This document shows, piece by piece, positions 49,201 through 62,310 of a DNA stretch of 64,000 nt. The notes under the pieces are model-generated. The model worked only from the letters and a program-made list of their open reading frames with translations. It searched no databases and was not told the DNA's origin. Within the stretch, counting starts at the first letter, position 1; each line of letters starts with the position of its first letter. A program made the position numbers and the translations under genes. Origin of the DNA: Eledone cirrhosa (Eukaryota); contig OZ024740.1 in NCBI GenBank assembly GCA_964016885.1, positions 434,062,001 to 434,126,000 on the forward strand. Reading direction: 5' to 3'.

Positions 49201-51671
49201 TTGTGTCGGTATTAATATATTTACTGTAATATAGGATAACATATAGTTAGTATTGTGTCAGTATTAATATATTTACCTGTAATATAGGATAACATATAGT
49301 TAGTATTGTGTCGGTATTAATATATTTACCTGTAATATAGGATAACATATAGTTAGTATTGTGTCGGTATTAATATATTTACTGTAATATAGGATAACAT
49401 ATAGTTAGTATTGTGTCAGTATTATTATATTTACTGTAATATAGGATAACTTATAGTTAGTATTATGTCAGTATTAATATATTTACTGTAATATAGGATA
49501 ACATATAGTTAGTATTATGTCAGTATTAATATATTTACTGTAATATAGGATAACATATAGTTAGTATTGTGTCGGTATTAATATATTTACTGTAATATAG
49601 GATAACATATAGTTAGTATTGTGTCAGTATTAATATATTTACTGTAATATAGGATAACATATAGTTAGTATTGTGTCAGTATTAATATATTTACTGTAAT
49701 ATAGGATAACATATAGTTAGTATTGTGTCGGTATTATTATATTTACTGTAATATAGGATAACATATAGTTAGTATTGTGTCAGTATTAATATATTTACTG
49801 TAATATAGGATAACATATAGTTAGTATTGTGTCGGTATTAATATATTTACTGTAATATAGGATAACATATAGTTAGTATTGTGTCAGTTATAATATATTT
49901 ACTGTAATATAAGATAACATATAGTTAGTATTGTGTCGGTATTAATATATTTACTGTAATATAAGATAACATATAGTTAGTATTACTGTAATATAGGATA
50001 ACATATAGTTAGTATTATGTCAGTATTATTATATTTACTGTAATATAGGATAACATATAGTTAGTATTGTGTCAGTATTAATATATTTACTGTAATATAG
50101 GATAACATAGTTAGTATTGTGTCAGTATTAATATATATACTGTTATATAGGATAACATATAGTTAGTATTATGTCAGTATTAATATATTTACTGTAATAT
50201 AGGATAACATATAGTTAGTATTATGTCAGTATTAATATATTTACTGTAATATAGGATAACATATAGTTAGTATTGTGTCGGTATTAATATATTTACTGTA
50301 ATATAGGATAACATATAGTTAGTATTGTGTCAGTATTAATATATTTACTGTAATATAGGATAACATATGGTTAGTATTATGTCAGTATTAATATATTTAC
50401 TGTAATATAGGATAACATATAGTTAGTATTGTGTCAGTATTAATATATTTACTGTAATATAGGATAACATATAGTTAGTATTGTGTCGGTATTAATATAT
50501 TTACTGTAATATAGGATAACATATAGTTAGTATTGTGTCGGTATTAATATATTTATTGTAATATAGGATAACATATAGTTAGTATTGTGTCAGTATTAAT
50601 ATATTTACTGCAATATAGGATAACATATAGTTATTGTGTCAGTATTAATATATTTACTGTAATATAGGATAACATATAGTTAGTATTGTGTCAGTATTAA
50701 TATATTTACTGTAATATAGGATAACATATAGTTAGTATTGTGTCGGTATTAATATATTTACTGTAATATAGGATAACATATAGTTAGTATTGTGTCGGTA
50801 TTAATATATTTACTGTAATATAGGATAACATATAGTTAGTATTGTGTCAGTATTAATATATTTACTGCAATATAGGATACCATATAGTTAGTATTGTGAC
50901 AGTATTAATATATTTACTGTAATATAGGATAACATATAGTTAGTATTGTGTCGGTATTAATATATTTACTGTAATATAGGATAACATATAGTTAGTATTG
51001 TGTCAGTATTAATATATTTACTGTAATATAGGATAAGATATAGTTAGTATTATGTCAGTATTAATATATTTACTGTAATATAGGATAACATATATTTAGT
51101 ATTATGTCAGTATTAATATATTTACTGTAATATAAGATAACATATAGTTAGTATTGTGTCAGTATTAATATATTTACTGTAATATAGGATAACATATAGT
51201 TAGTATTATTTCAGTATTAATATATTTACTGTAATATAGGATAACATATAGTTAGTATTGTGTCAGTATTATTATATTTACTGTAATATAGGATAACATA
51301 TAGTTAGTATTATGTCAGTATTAATATATTTACTGTAATATAGGATGGGAATTATGGTTAATAGAATATGAAAGAACACATGATTACAGGTTATAGCATC
51401 TAAAGTTGACTCACCTACTTACACCTGGCAACTAGACTCACCCCCTTGAAAATCAAAAATAGACTCAACCACTTGCACCTGATGATATTGCAATAGCACA
51501 ACCTATAACTGTAAATAGATGTTTTATTTGAAAATCTTGGGATATAATTAGGGGGAATTTGTCTCGTATATACAATGTGCTGGGGAGTTTATAGAACAAG
51601 TTTTTATAGTAAATAGTGCAAAGCATTTTATCTAAAGCTCTACCAATTGTAACAATCCAATGTGTGTGCGT

Positions 51672-53851
51672 ATCATCATCATCATCATCATCATCAACGT
51701 TTAACGTCCGTGTTCCACGCTTGCATGCGTTTGGACGGGGTTAGTCCCACTTGAGGCAAGAGTGATTGTCTTGCTCGCATAGGACTGTCTGGCAGGTTTT
51801 CTACAGTTGGATGCCCTTCCTAACACCAACCACATTTACAGTGTGGGTCTGGGAGGTTTTTACCGTGTTGCCTACACTGCCACATTACAGCGTGGACTGT
51901 GTGTTTTTTTGTCGTGACACCTACACGATCTCATTTGTTTCGGCCTGGATGGCGCGGCACCAACATAACTTTACATAGAACGGGGTGGATGGGGTGGTGG
52001 TGGTGGGACGGGGTGTATTTTGTTAGAGATGCCTACTGGCTGGAGTAGGTTTTACTATATATTTAGGTAAGGCGGGTCTTCTCTGTTACTGAGTACCGCC
52101 AAAGGTCTCGGTCCAGTGACATTGTCTTGGAGAGGTGTAAGTGTGTGATTTCGGAGTTTATCAGCTCGTCCCAGGTTTTTCTAGGTCTGCCTATTCCGTG
52201 ACTACCGTCTATCTTTATTGCCCTGCACTTTGTTATACAGCTATCGACTTTCATGCACATCACGTGTCCATACCAACGTAGCCTTCTCTCGAGTAAACAA
52301 CATCTGATCCCTCTTATCTCTAATTTTTTCCTTAGTTCGTTTATGCTTTGCCGTTCACGTATATTACTGTTACACATCCAGCGGAGCATGCAAGCTTCGT
52401 TCCTCTCTAGTCTGCGTATATCCTCTGCACACAATGCCCAGGTCTCACTGCCATGCAGCATTGCTGTTCGTATGCAGGCATCGTACAACCTGCCTTTCAT
52501 TTTTAGGGAGAACCCTTTAGCAGCTAATAGTGGTATAAGCTCTCTGAACTTTTTCCAACCAGTTCTGACTCTAGCTACAGTACTTTCAGAGCACCCTCCC
52601 CCACTGCTGATTTTATCGCCCAGGTAACGGAAGCTGTCCACTATTTCTATAGAACCCTCTGCGCAATTGAAAGAGCTAGTATTTTGTGGGCACTTGCTGC
52701 TACTTATTGCACCAGAACACCGGCCACATGTAAAATCTATGTTCTTAGTTAGCTTACCTGTGATCCCACTACATCTTTTATGCACCCATACTTTGCATTT
52801 AGGACATAAAATGGAGTTTCTACCTACGCCTTTCCTACACACCGAGCACGACCATTTCCCAGAAGGGATCGCCGCCTTGTTTTCTTTCCTACAAACTAGA
52901 ACTTTGGTCTTAGCCAGGTTAATTTTAAGTCCTTTTGACTCTAGGCCGTGCTTCCATGTTTGGAATTTCTTCTCTAGCTCGGCCATTGATTCCGCTATGA
53001 GTGTCAGGTCGTCTGCGTATAGGAGTTCCCATGGGCAGCCTGTCTTGAACTCCTCTGTTATAGCCTGAAGGGCAATAATAAATAGTAGGGGGCTGAGAAC
53101 AGAGCCCTGATGGACGCCAACTTTTACGCTAAACTCTTCACTATATTCGTTGTTAATTCTAACCTTGCTGACTGTTTCTTTATACATGGCTTGTATAGCC
53201 CTCACAAGCCATTCATCAACGCCTAGTTTTCTAAGAGCCCACCAGATAATGGAGCGGGGGACTCTGTCGAAGGCTTTCTCCAAGTCGACAAAAGCTAAGT
53301 AGAGGGGTTTACCTTTAGCTAGGTACTTCTCCTGTAGTTGTCATACTATGAAAAGAGCGTCTGTGGTACTTTTGCCTGACACAAACCCGAACTGCATTTC
53401 ATCTAGGTCAATTCTCTCTCTGATTAGTTGCGCTATTACTTTTTCCGTGACCTTCATGACCTGGTCGATTAATTTAATGCCTCTATAGTTACTCCTATCT
53501 AGGGTGTCTCCTTTACCCTTATAACAGTTAACGATGATGCTGCTATGCCAGTCCTTCGGAACAACCCCATTCTGTACGACTTGGTTAACTATGCGGGTGA
53601 CCATGGTGTGTCCCACTGTGCCAGATGCCTTCAGCATCTCAGCAACTATTTCCGAAGGCCCAGCCGCCTTACCCGTCTTCATATCCTTGATTGCCTTACC
53701 TATTATACTCCTCTCGACTAACACTGCTGGTCCCTCTATTGGGTCGATATGGGGGAGACTGTCTTTCTCCCATTTATTCTCCTCATTTAGTAGCCTTTCA
53801 TAGTGACACTTCCAAGCTACCTTCTTATCAGCGTCGGTGATGGCAAGTGTG
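51672..53851 (-). mobile_element. Second, more truncated copy of the same RTE family with a premature stop
   Basis: Near-identical to 41070-43250; CGA>TGA at 53341-53343 splits the ORF; (GAT)n tail at 51672-51695. Confidence 0.97.
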
Positions 53852-54319
53852 TATATATATATATAAGAAGTTGACGGACCCAGCATATGTATCAATGATA
53901 GGACCGGGTGCATCTGAGCGTACTCAATAGGTAATGTAAAATACACTCCCAGAGTATATACACAGTTATTCGCTTCAATACAACACACGTAAGCGGGTAA
54001 CTACAGTAGTTTCTGAACTCGAGTTTCTGCCACACTTTATGCAGCAGTAGGGTGCACTTCACCCGCTATCCACATATATTATGTAATAATGCACAATCGG
54101 CGCATGTGGCTTCATCAGCGGGTTTCGCCTAATCAATAACCAATCGATCGACAGAATTCAGCTCCAGTCCATACCGGCTATGACTGCATGTGATGGCCAA
54201 CACAGTAAAGTGATTAGCAACTGGGATCTGATACAACTCCGTCCCCCGACCGACTATAAATATATATGTATGTGTGTATGTATGTATGTATGTATGTGTG
54301 TGTATATGTATGTATATAT

Positions 54320-54467
54320 GGGTTCCTGAGTAGTGTTCGGGGTAACCACTGTTAAAAAAAGGTACTCAACATGTTGGTAGAGTATAGACATCTTTATTAT
54401 ATATTGAAATGACTTCTACAGGACTAAAACTGTTTCATACGAATGAAACAGTTCTAGTCCTGTAGAA
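54320..54467 (-). mobile_element. Probable Penelope-like pLTR fragment with inverted end
   Basis: Minus strand GAAAC-AGTTTTA-GTC-CTGTAG (hammerhead 3' half) followed by AATAAA; 25-bp inverted duplication at 54414-54467. Confidence 0.4.
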
Positions 54468-54762
54468 ATATATATGAACCCGTAACTGTTGTAGGTGTGC
54501 CATAGTGACATACAGCGTGCCTTAGGTATTTTAAATCTGGTGGAGCTCACCCCATCTCCAGGTGTAAACACAGTTGATTTCTTTCAGAGAATAGGAGAAA
54601 GGAAGGGGGAAGGAGATAGAGGAAGAATCAACTCCTGGTACTTTTGTTATTGACCACAAAACAATGAAAAGCAAAGTTGACCTCCAAGAAAGCTGGAACG
54701 AAAATTGCATAACATTTTCTGACATTCTGATGGCTGCCAATTTGTCGTTTAATAATAATAAT

Positions 54763-54981
54763 AATTGTTTCTACTTTAGGCACAAGGCCAGCAATTTGAA
54801 GGGGGAAAGGAAAGTCAATTAAATAGACCCCGATGCATTATTGGTACTTTATTTTATCGACCCCTTAAGGATGAAAATCAAAGTTAACCTTAGTGGGATT
54901 TGAACTCAGAACGTAAAGGGCCGTAACTCTATGCTTCAAAGCATGGTGTCTGACGCTCTACTGATTCTGCTAATCAACTGC
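54763..54981 (-). mobile_element. tRNA-derived SINE family A (longer variant), preceded by a degenerate copy at ~54600-54745
   Basis: Same core and B-box as 22529-22713 plus a GGGGGAAAGG...TTAAATAGACCCC insert; (AAT)n tail. Confidence 0.85.
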
Positions 54982-55921
54982 TTTTATAATAGTAATAACT
55001 TGTATGGAATTTAGACTTGTAATTGACAAGTGGTTTGGCAGTCTACAATGACAATTCTTAATCTTCTTTTCATGTCTAGAACATGGCTGGTTTGGCCTAG
55101 TTTAATGTCATAATTAATGTAAATATAGCTTACTCTTTGGAACTGTTGCCAAATTTAAGTTTAAAGCTTTGTTTCACCTACATATTACTTTATATTTGAT
55201 TATGATAGTCTGACTTAGAAAACAAGGCACTGCACTGTGGTGTTATTATGATAGTCTTAGAAAATATGGCACTGCACTGTGAAAAAGTGCTTAAATCAGT
55301 GGATATGTACTCTTAGAGGTAACCAGTTCAGATTCCTCACATTGTATTTGGTTTCTTAAACAAGAAATTCAAGCAGAAGCAGAGAAAACTGTTTGCATAA
55401 CGTGGTTGAAACTGGTAGAAATATTGTAAGAAGTACCAGGTTGTGGCAGCTGAAGTTGTTTCTTGGGAATGAACATCTGTGGTTTTATATCTTTATTGGA
55501 TTTTTATGAGTTAAAGTCATTATTGATTGGCTGTTTAAGATATAATCTGTCGTCTTAACCTTGACTCCCAACAAAGAGGTCAGGCTGTCTCTTAAGGCAA
55601 GATACAGATATATATTATTGAGTCAGCCTCTCTTGTAAGGGAATATACACATATATAAACATTAACAACCTAGTATTTTAGTGACTTTATTACCTTTCGT
55701 GGAGTGAAGAAAAACCAAAACCTTACTATAAACTGCTGCTATACAGCAAAAGAGGAAACCACTTAATATATAAAACATTAGCCAGGTTTAATGTTTATAC
55801 TATAGTCTGTAACACAAGATTTCTATAGATTTCATTCAATGTTGTATGCTTAAATAAATACACTGGACAATCATAGAAAACTGTCTTTTTATACAATCTC
55901 TCTGTGGACAGAAAAATGAGA

Positions 55922-55968
55922 TCAACTGGACTAGTTTCAGTTTTTATTAAGACTTCATCGGCAATTGA
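55922..55968 (-). ncRNA. Candidate minimal type-I hammerhead ribozyme (U4>C mutated)
   Basis: TCAATTG-CCGATGA-AGT...ACT-GAAAC-TA-GTC-CAGTTGA; 7-bp stem I (one G-U), palindromic ACTAGT stem III, GUC cleavage triplet. Confidence 0.6.
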
Positions 55969-56239
55969 CACCTGGTTGACTGAAATCTATAGATTTCTTC
56001 TACAATAGATTATAACATTGAAACTAGTTAAGAGGAACAATAGTGGAACTGGTTTCTCTGGTACTTATGTGAAGAACTTGAGGTATATCTGCCATATTGT
56101 ACCCCCCTCTCCCTGGTTCTTTCCCTACCTATATTTTTAGTCCAGATGTTCATGCTTGGTATGACAACCTCACCAGGCTAGAGATCCTGAAAAGGTCAGG
56201 GCCACTGCCCTTCTTCTCACTTGTATATTTAAATCTACA

Positions 56240-59200
56240 TATATAATAAATAGAATGATATTTGACCCTATAGTATGTATATAATAAATAGAATGATATT
56301 TGACCCTATAGTATGTATATAATAGAATATTTGACCCTATAGTATGTATATAATAGAATATTTGACCCTATAGTATGTATATAATAAATAGAATGATATT
56401 TGACCCTATAGTATGTATATAATAGAATATTTGACCCTATAGTATGTATATAATAGAATATTTGACCCTATAGTATGTATATAATAGAATATTTGACCCT
56501 ATAGTATGTATATAATAGAATATTTGACCCTATAGTATGTATATAATAGAATATTTGACCCTATAGTATGTATATAATAAATAGAATGATATTTGACCCT
56601 ATAGTATCTATATAATTAATAGAATGATATTTGACCCTATAGTATGTATATAATAAATAGAATATTTGACCCTATAGTATGTATATAATAAATAGAATGA
56701 TATTTGACCCTATAGTATCTATATAATAAATAGAATGATATTTGACCCTATAGTATGTATATAATAGAATGATATTTGACCCTATAGTATCTATATAATT
56801 AATAGAATGATATTTGACCCTATAGTATCTATATAATAAATAGAATATTTGACCCTATAGTATCTATATAATAAATAGAATGATATTTGACCCTATAGTA
56901 TGTATATAATAAATAGAATGATATTTGACCCTATAGTATGTATATAATAAATAGAATGATATTTGACCCTATAGTATCTATATAATAAATAGAATATTTG
57001 ACCCTATAGTATGTATATAATAGAATATTTGACCCTATAGTATCTATATAATTAATAGAATGATATTTGACCCTATAGTATCTATATAATAAATAGAATA
57101 TTTGACCCTATAGTATCTATATAATAAATAGAATGATATTTGACCCTATAGTATGTATATAATAAATAGAATATTTGACCCTATAGTATCTATATAATAA
57201 ATAGAATGATATTTGACCCTATAGTATGTATATAATAGAATGATATTTGACCCTATAGTATCTATATAATAAATAGAATGATATTTGACCCTATAGTATG
57301 TATATAATAAATAGAATGATATTTGACCCTATAGTATCTATATAATAAATAGAATGATATTTGACCCTATAGTATCTATATAATTAATAGAATGATATTT
57401 GACCCTATAGTATCTATATAATAAATAGAATATTTGACCCTATAGTATCTATATAATAAATAGAATGATATTTGACCCTATAGTATGTATATAATAGAAT
57501 GATATTTGACCCTATAGTATCTATATAATAAATAGAATGATATTTGACCCTATAGTATCTATATAATAAATAGAATATTTGAGCCTATAGTATGTATATA
57601 ATAAATAGAATGATATTTGACCCTATAGTGTGTATATAATAAATAGAATGATATTTGACCCTATAGTATCTATATAATAAATAGAATGATATTTGACCCT
57701 ATAGTATGTATATAATAAATAGAATGATATTTGACCCTATAGTATCTATATAATAAATAGAATGATATTTGACCCTATAGTATGTATATAATAAATAGAA
57801 TATTTGACCCTATAGTATGTATATAATAAATAGAATATTTGACCCTATAGTATGTATATAATAAATAGAATGATATTTGACCCTATAGTATCTATATAAT
57901 AAATAGAATGATATTTGACCCTATAGTATGTATATAATAAATAGAATGATATTTGACCCTATAGTATCTATATAATAAATAGAATATTTGACCCTATAGT
58001 ATCTATATAATAAATAGAATGATATTTGACCCTATAGTATGTATATAATAAATAGAATATTTGACCCTATAGTATGTATATAATAAATAGAATATTTGAC
58101 CCTATAGTATGTATATAATAAATAGAATGATATTTGACCCTATAGTATCTATATAATAGAATGATATTTGACCCTATAGTATGTATATAATAAATTGAAT
58201 GATATTTGACCCTATAGTATCTATATAATAAATAGAATGATATTTGACCCTATAGTATGTATATAATAAATAGAATGATATTTGACCCTATAGTATCTAT
58301 ATAATTAATAGAATGATATTTGACCCTATAGTATCTATATAATAAATAGAATGATATTTGACCCTATAGTATCTATATAATAAATAGAATATTTGACCCT
58401 ATAGTATGTATATAATAAATAGAATATTTGACCCTATAGTATGTATATAATAAATAGAATATTTGACCCTATAGTATCTATATAATAAATAGAATATTTG
58501 ACCCTATAGTATGTATATAATAAATAGAAAGATATTTGACCCTATAGTATGTATATAATAAATAGAATATTTGAGCCTATAGCATGTATATAATAAATAG
58601 AATATTTGACCCTATAGTATCTATATAATAGAATGATATTTGACCCTATAGTATGTATATAATAAATAGAATGATATTTGACCCTATAGTATCTATATAA
58701 TAAATAGAATGATATTTGACCCTATAGTATGTATATAATAAATAGAATATTTGACCCTATAGTATCTATATAATAAATAGAATATTTGACCCTATAGTAT
58801 GTATATAATAAATAGAATATTTGACCCTATAGTATCTATATAATAAATAGAATGATATTTGACCCTATAGTATGTATATAATAAATAGAATGATATTTGA
58901 CCCTATAGTATCTATATAATAAATAGAATGATATTTGACCCTATAGTATGTATATAATAAATAGAATGATATTTGACCCTATAGTATCTATATAATAAAT
59001 AGAATGATATTTGACCCTATAGTATCTATATAATAAATAGAATATTTGACCCTATAGTATGTATATAATAAATAGAATATTTGACCCTATAGTATGTATA
59101 TAATAAATAGAATATTTGACCCTATAGTATCTATATAATAAATAGAATATTTGACCCTATAGTATGTATATAATAAATAGAAAGATATTTGACCCTATAG

Positions 59201-60370
59201 TATGTATATAATAAATAGAATATTTGAGCCTATAGCATGTATATAATAAATAGAATATTTGACCCTATAGTATCTATATAATAGAATGATATTTGACCCT
59301 ATAGTATGTATATAATAAATAGAATGATATTTGACCCTATAGTATCTATATAATAAATAGAATGATATTTGACCCTATAGTATGTATATAATAAATAGAA
59401 TATTTGACCCTATAGTATCTATATAATAAATAGAATATTTGACCCTATAGTATGTATATAATAAATAGAATATTTGACCCTATAGTATCTATATAATAAA
59501 TAGAATGATATTTGACCCTATAGTATGTATATAATAAATAGAATGATATTTGACCCTATAGTATCTATATAATAAATAGAATGATATTTGACCCTATAGT
59601 ATGTATATAATAAATAGAATGATATTTGACCCTATAGTATCTATATAATAAATAGAATGATATTTGACCCTATAGTATCTATATAATAAATAGAATATTT
59701 GACCCTATAGTATGTATATAATAAATAGAATATTTGACCCTATAGCATGTATATAATAAATAGAATATTTGACCCTATAGTATCTATATAATAGAATATT
59801 TGACCCTATAGTATGTATATAATAAATTGAATGATATTTGACCCTATAGTATCTATATAATAAATAGAATGATATTTGACCCTATAGTATCTATATAATA
59901 AATAGAATGATATTTGACCCTATAGTATCTATATAATTAATAGAATGATATTTGACCCTATAGTATCTATATAATAAATAGAATATTTGACCCTATAGTA
60001 TCTATATAATAAATAGAATGATATTTGACCCTATAGTATGTATATAATAGAATATTTGACCCTATAGTATCTATATAATAAATAGAATGATATTTGACCC
60101 TATAGTATCTATATAATAAATAGAATGATATTTGACCCTATAGTATCTATATAATAAATAGAATGATATTTGACCCTATAGTATCTATATAATAAATAGA
60201 ATATTTGACCCTATAGTATCTATATAATAAATAGAATGATATTTGACCCTATAGTATGTATATAATAAATAGAATATTTGACCCTATAGTATCTATATAA
60301 TAAATAGAATATTTGACCCTATAGTATCTATATAATAAATAGAATATTTGACCCTATAGTATGTATATAA
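56240..60370. repeat. AT-rich minisatellite, 31/34/35/38-bp modular units (ATTTGACCCTATAGTAT(G/C)TATATAAT[AAAT]AGAAT[GAT])
   Basis: TTTGACC at 56261 and 56299 (38 bp); optional AAAT and GAT modules. Confidence 0.98.
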
Positions 60371-60683
60371 ATAAAAATAACAGTTGGAAGTGTCTCATCA
60401 GTTGTACATGGTGAATACCATGTTTTCATCACTATCTCCTAAGAATCAGTTAAAACTACTCGACTCTCCAGTCTCTCTGTTCATGACAAAAGTATGAACT
60501 TTGAAAGCTGTCCGCAAGTGTGATCTCTTAATCAATTAACCTAAATTATTGGAATTTAATTATTAAGGAAGCTAATCCACAGAGGATCAATTTGTTCTAC
60601 ATTATTTTGATATATTAATCCTTTCTCTATCTACTTTGTTTTGTCATCAAATTAGTTGGTTTGTTGATTCAAATTATGATATA

Positions 60684-60785
60684 TCATCATCATCATTCTT
60701 TAACACCCACATTAGCATGGGTTAGACTGGTTGTCCCATTTGAGGCAAGTTGGATTAGGTGACTCTCTTGCTCATACAGAACTGC
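60684..60785 (-). mobile_element. Degenerate RTE 3' terminus
   Basis: CATCATCATCATTCTTTAAC...TAGCATGGGTTAGAC.GGTTGTCCCA.TTGAGGCAAG resembles 25109-25180 and 51672-51765. Confidence 0.65.
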
Positions 60786-60909
60786 TTCTGGCTATATGAT
60801 GAAAATTGTGTACAGTGCTCAGGTGCACTAGAAAAGGAAATGCTTACAGCACCTAGTGGTCACTCATCAAAGAACTAAGTTTTGTGATCGGACAAGAACA
60901 GGTGTTTTC

Positions 60910-62121
60910 TTAATCTTTTGTCTATCTACCTAGTGTTGTCATCAAAGTATGACATATTAATCCTTTTTCTATCTACCTAGTGTTGTCATCAAATTATGAC
61001 ATATTAATCCTTTGCCTATCTACCTAGTGTTGTCATCAAAGTATGACATATTAATCCTTTGTCTATCTACCTAGTGTTGTCATCAAAGTATGACATATTA
61101 ATCCTTTGTCTATCTACCTAGTGTTGTCATCAAAGTATGACATATTAATCCTTTGTCTATCTACCTAGTGTTGTCATCAAAGTATGACATATTAATCCTT
61201 TGTCTATCTACCTAGTGTTGTCATCAAAGTATGACATATTAATCCTTTGTCTATCTACCTAGTGTTGTCATCAAATTATGACATATTAATCCTTTGTCTA
61301 TCTACCTAGTGTTGTCATCAAAGTATGACATATTAATCCTTTGTCTATCTACCTAGTGTTGTCATCAAAGTATGACATATTAATCCTTTGTCTATCTACC
61401 TAGTGTTGTCATCAAATTATGACATATTAATCCTTTGTCTATCTACCTAGTGTTGTCATCAAAGTATGACATATTAATCCTTTGTCTATCTACCTAGTGT
61501 TGTCATCAAAGTATGACATATTAATCCTTTGTCTATCTACCTAGTGTTGTCATCAAATTATGACATATTAATCCTTTGCCTATCTACCTAGTGTTGTCAT
61601 CAAATTATGACATATTAATCCTTTGTCTATCTACCTAGTGTTGTCATCAAATTATGACATATTAATCCTTTGTCTATCTACCTAGTGTTGTCATCAAATT
61701 ATGACATATTAATCCTTTGTCTATCTACCTAGTGTTGTCATCAAATTATGACATATTAATCCTTTGTCTATCTACCTAGTGTTGTCATCAAAGTATGACA
61801 TATTAATCCTTTGTCTATCTACCTAGTGTTGTCATCAAAGTATGACATATTAATCCTTTGTCTATCTACCTAGTGTTGTCACCAAAGTATGACATATTAA
61901 TCCTTTGTCTATCTACCTAGTGTTGTCATCAAAGTATGACATATTAATCCTTTGTCTATCTACCTAGTGTTGTCATCAAAGTATGACATATTAATCCTTT
62001 GTCTATCTACCTAGTGTTGTCACCAAAGTATGACATATTAATCCTTTGTCTATCTACCTAGTGTTGTCACCAAAGTATGACATATTAATCCTTTGTCTAT
62101 CTACCTAGTGTTGTCATCAAA
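60910..62121. repeat. 47-bp minisatellite ATATTAATCCTTTGTCTATCTACCTAGTGTTGTCATCAAA(G/T)TATGAC
   Basis: ATATTAATCC at 61001 and 61048. Confidence 0.98.
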
Positions 62122-62178
62122 TTAGTTGGTTTGTAATCCCTCTTGGTTATGGTCTTCACCAAAATAGTAATAATGCAT

Positions 62179-62296
62179 TGTGTGTGTGCGTATGTGTGTA
62201 TGTATACGTGTGTATGTATGCAGGTGTATTTGTGTGTATGTGTATTTGTATGTGTGTGTGGGGGTGTATGTATGTCTGTATGCGTGTCTGTCTGTA
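62179..62296. repeat. (TG)n/(TATG)n imperfect microsatellite
   Basis: Directly visible. Confidence 0.9.
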
Positions 62297-62310
62297 TTAC
62301 AGTAATGATA

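Larger units (their letters stand above)
39317..51345. repeat. 52-bp AT-rich satellite (ATTTACTGTAATATAGGATAACATATAGTTAGTATTGTGTCAGTATTAATAT), interrupted by a LINE at 40033-43250
   Basis: ACTGCAAT at 39321 and 39373 (period 52); resumes in register at 43250. Confidence 0.98.

Noticed and set aside
53852-53988. N-terminal extension of ORF 53341-53988
   Set aside because: Read-through from flanking (TA)n and unrelated DNA beyond the truncation point at 53851.
60380-60545. Possible minus-strand exon and CTGATGA motif
   Set aside because: Stops in all frames near the putative acceptor; no GAAA or stems for a ribozyme.
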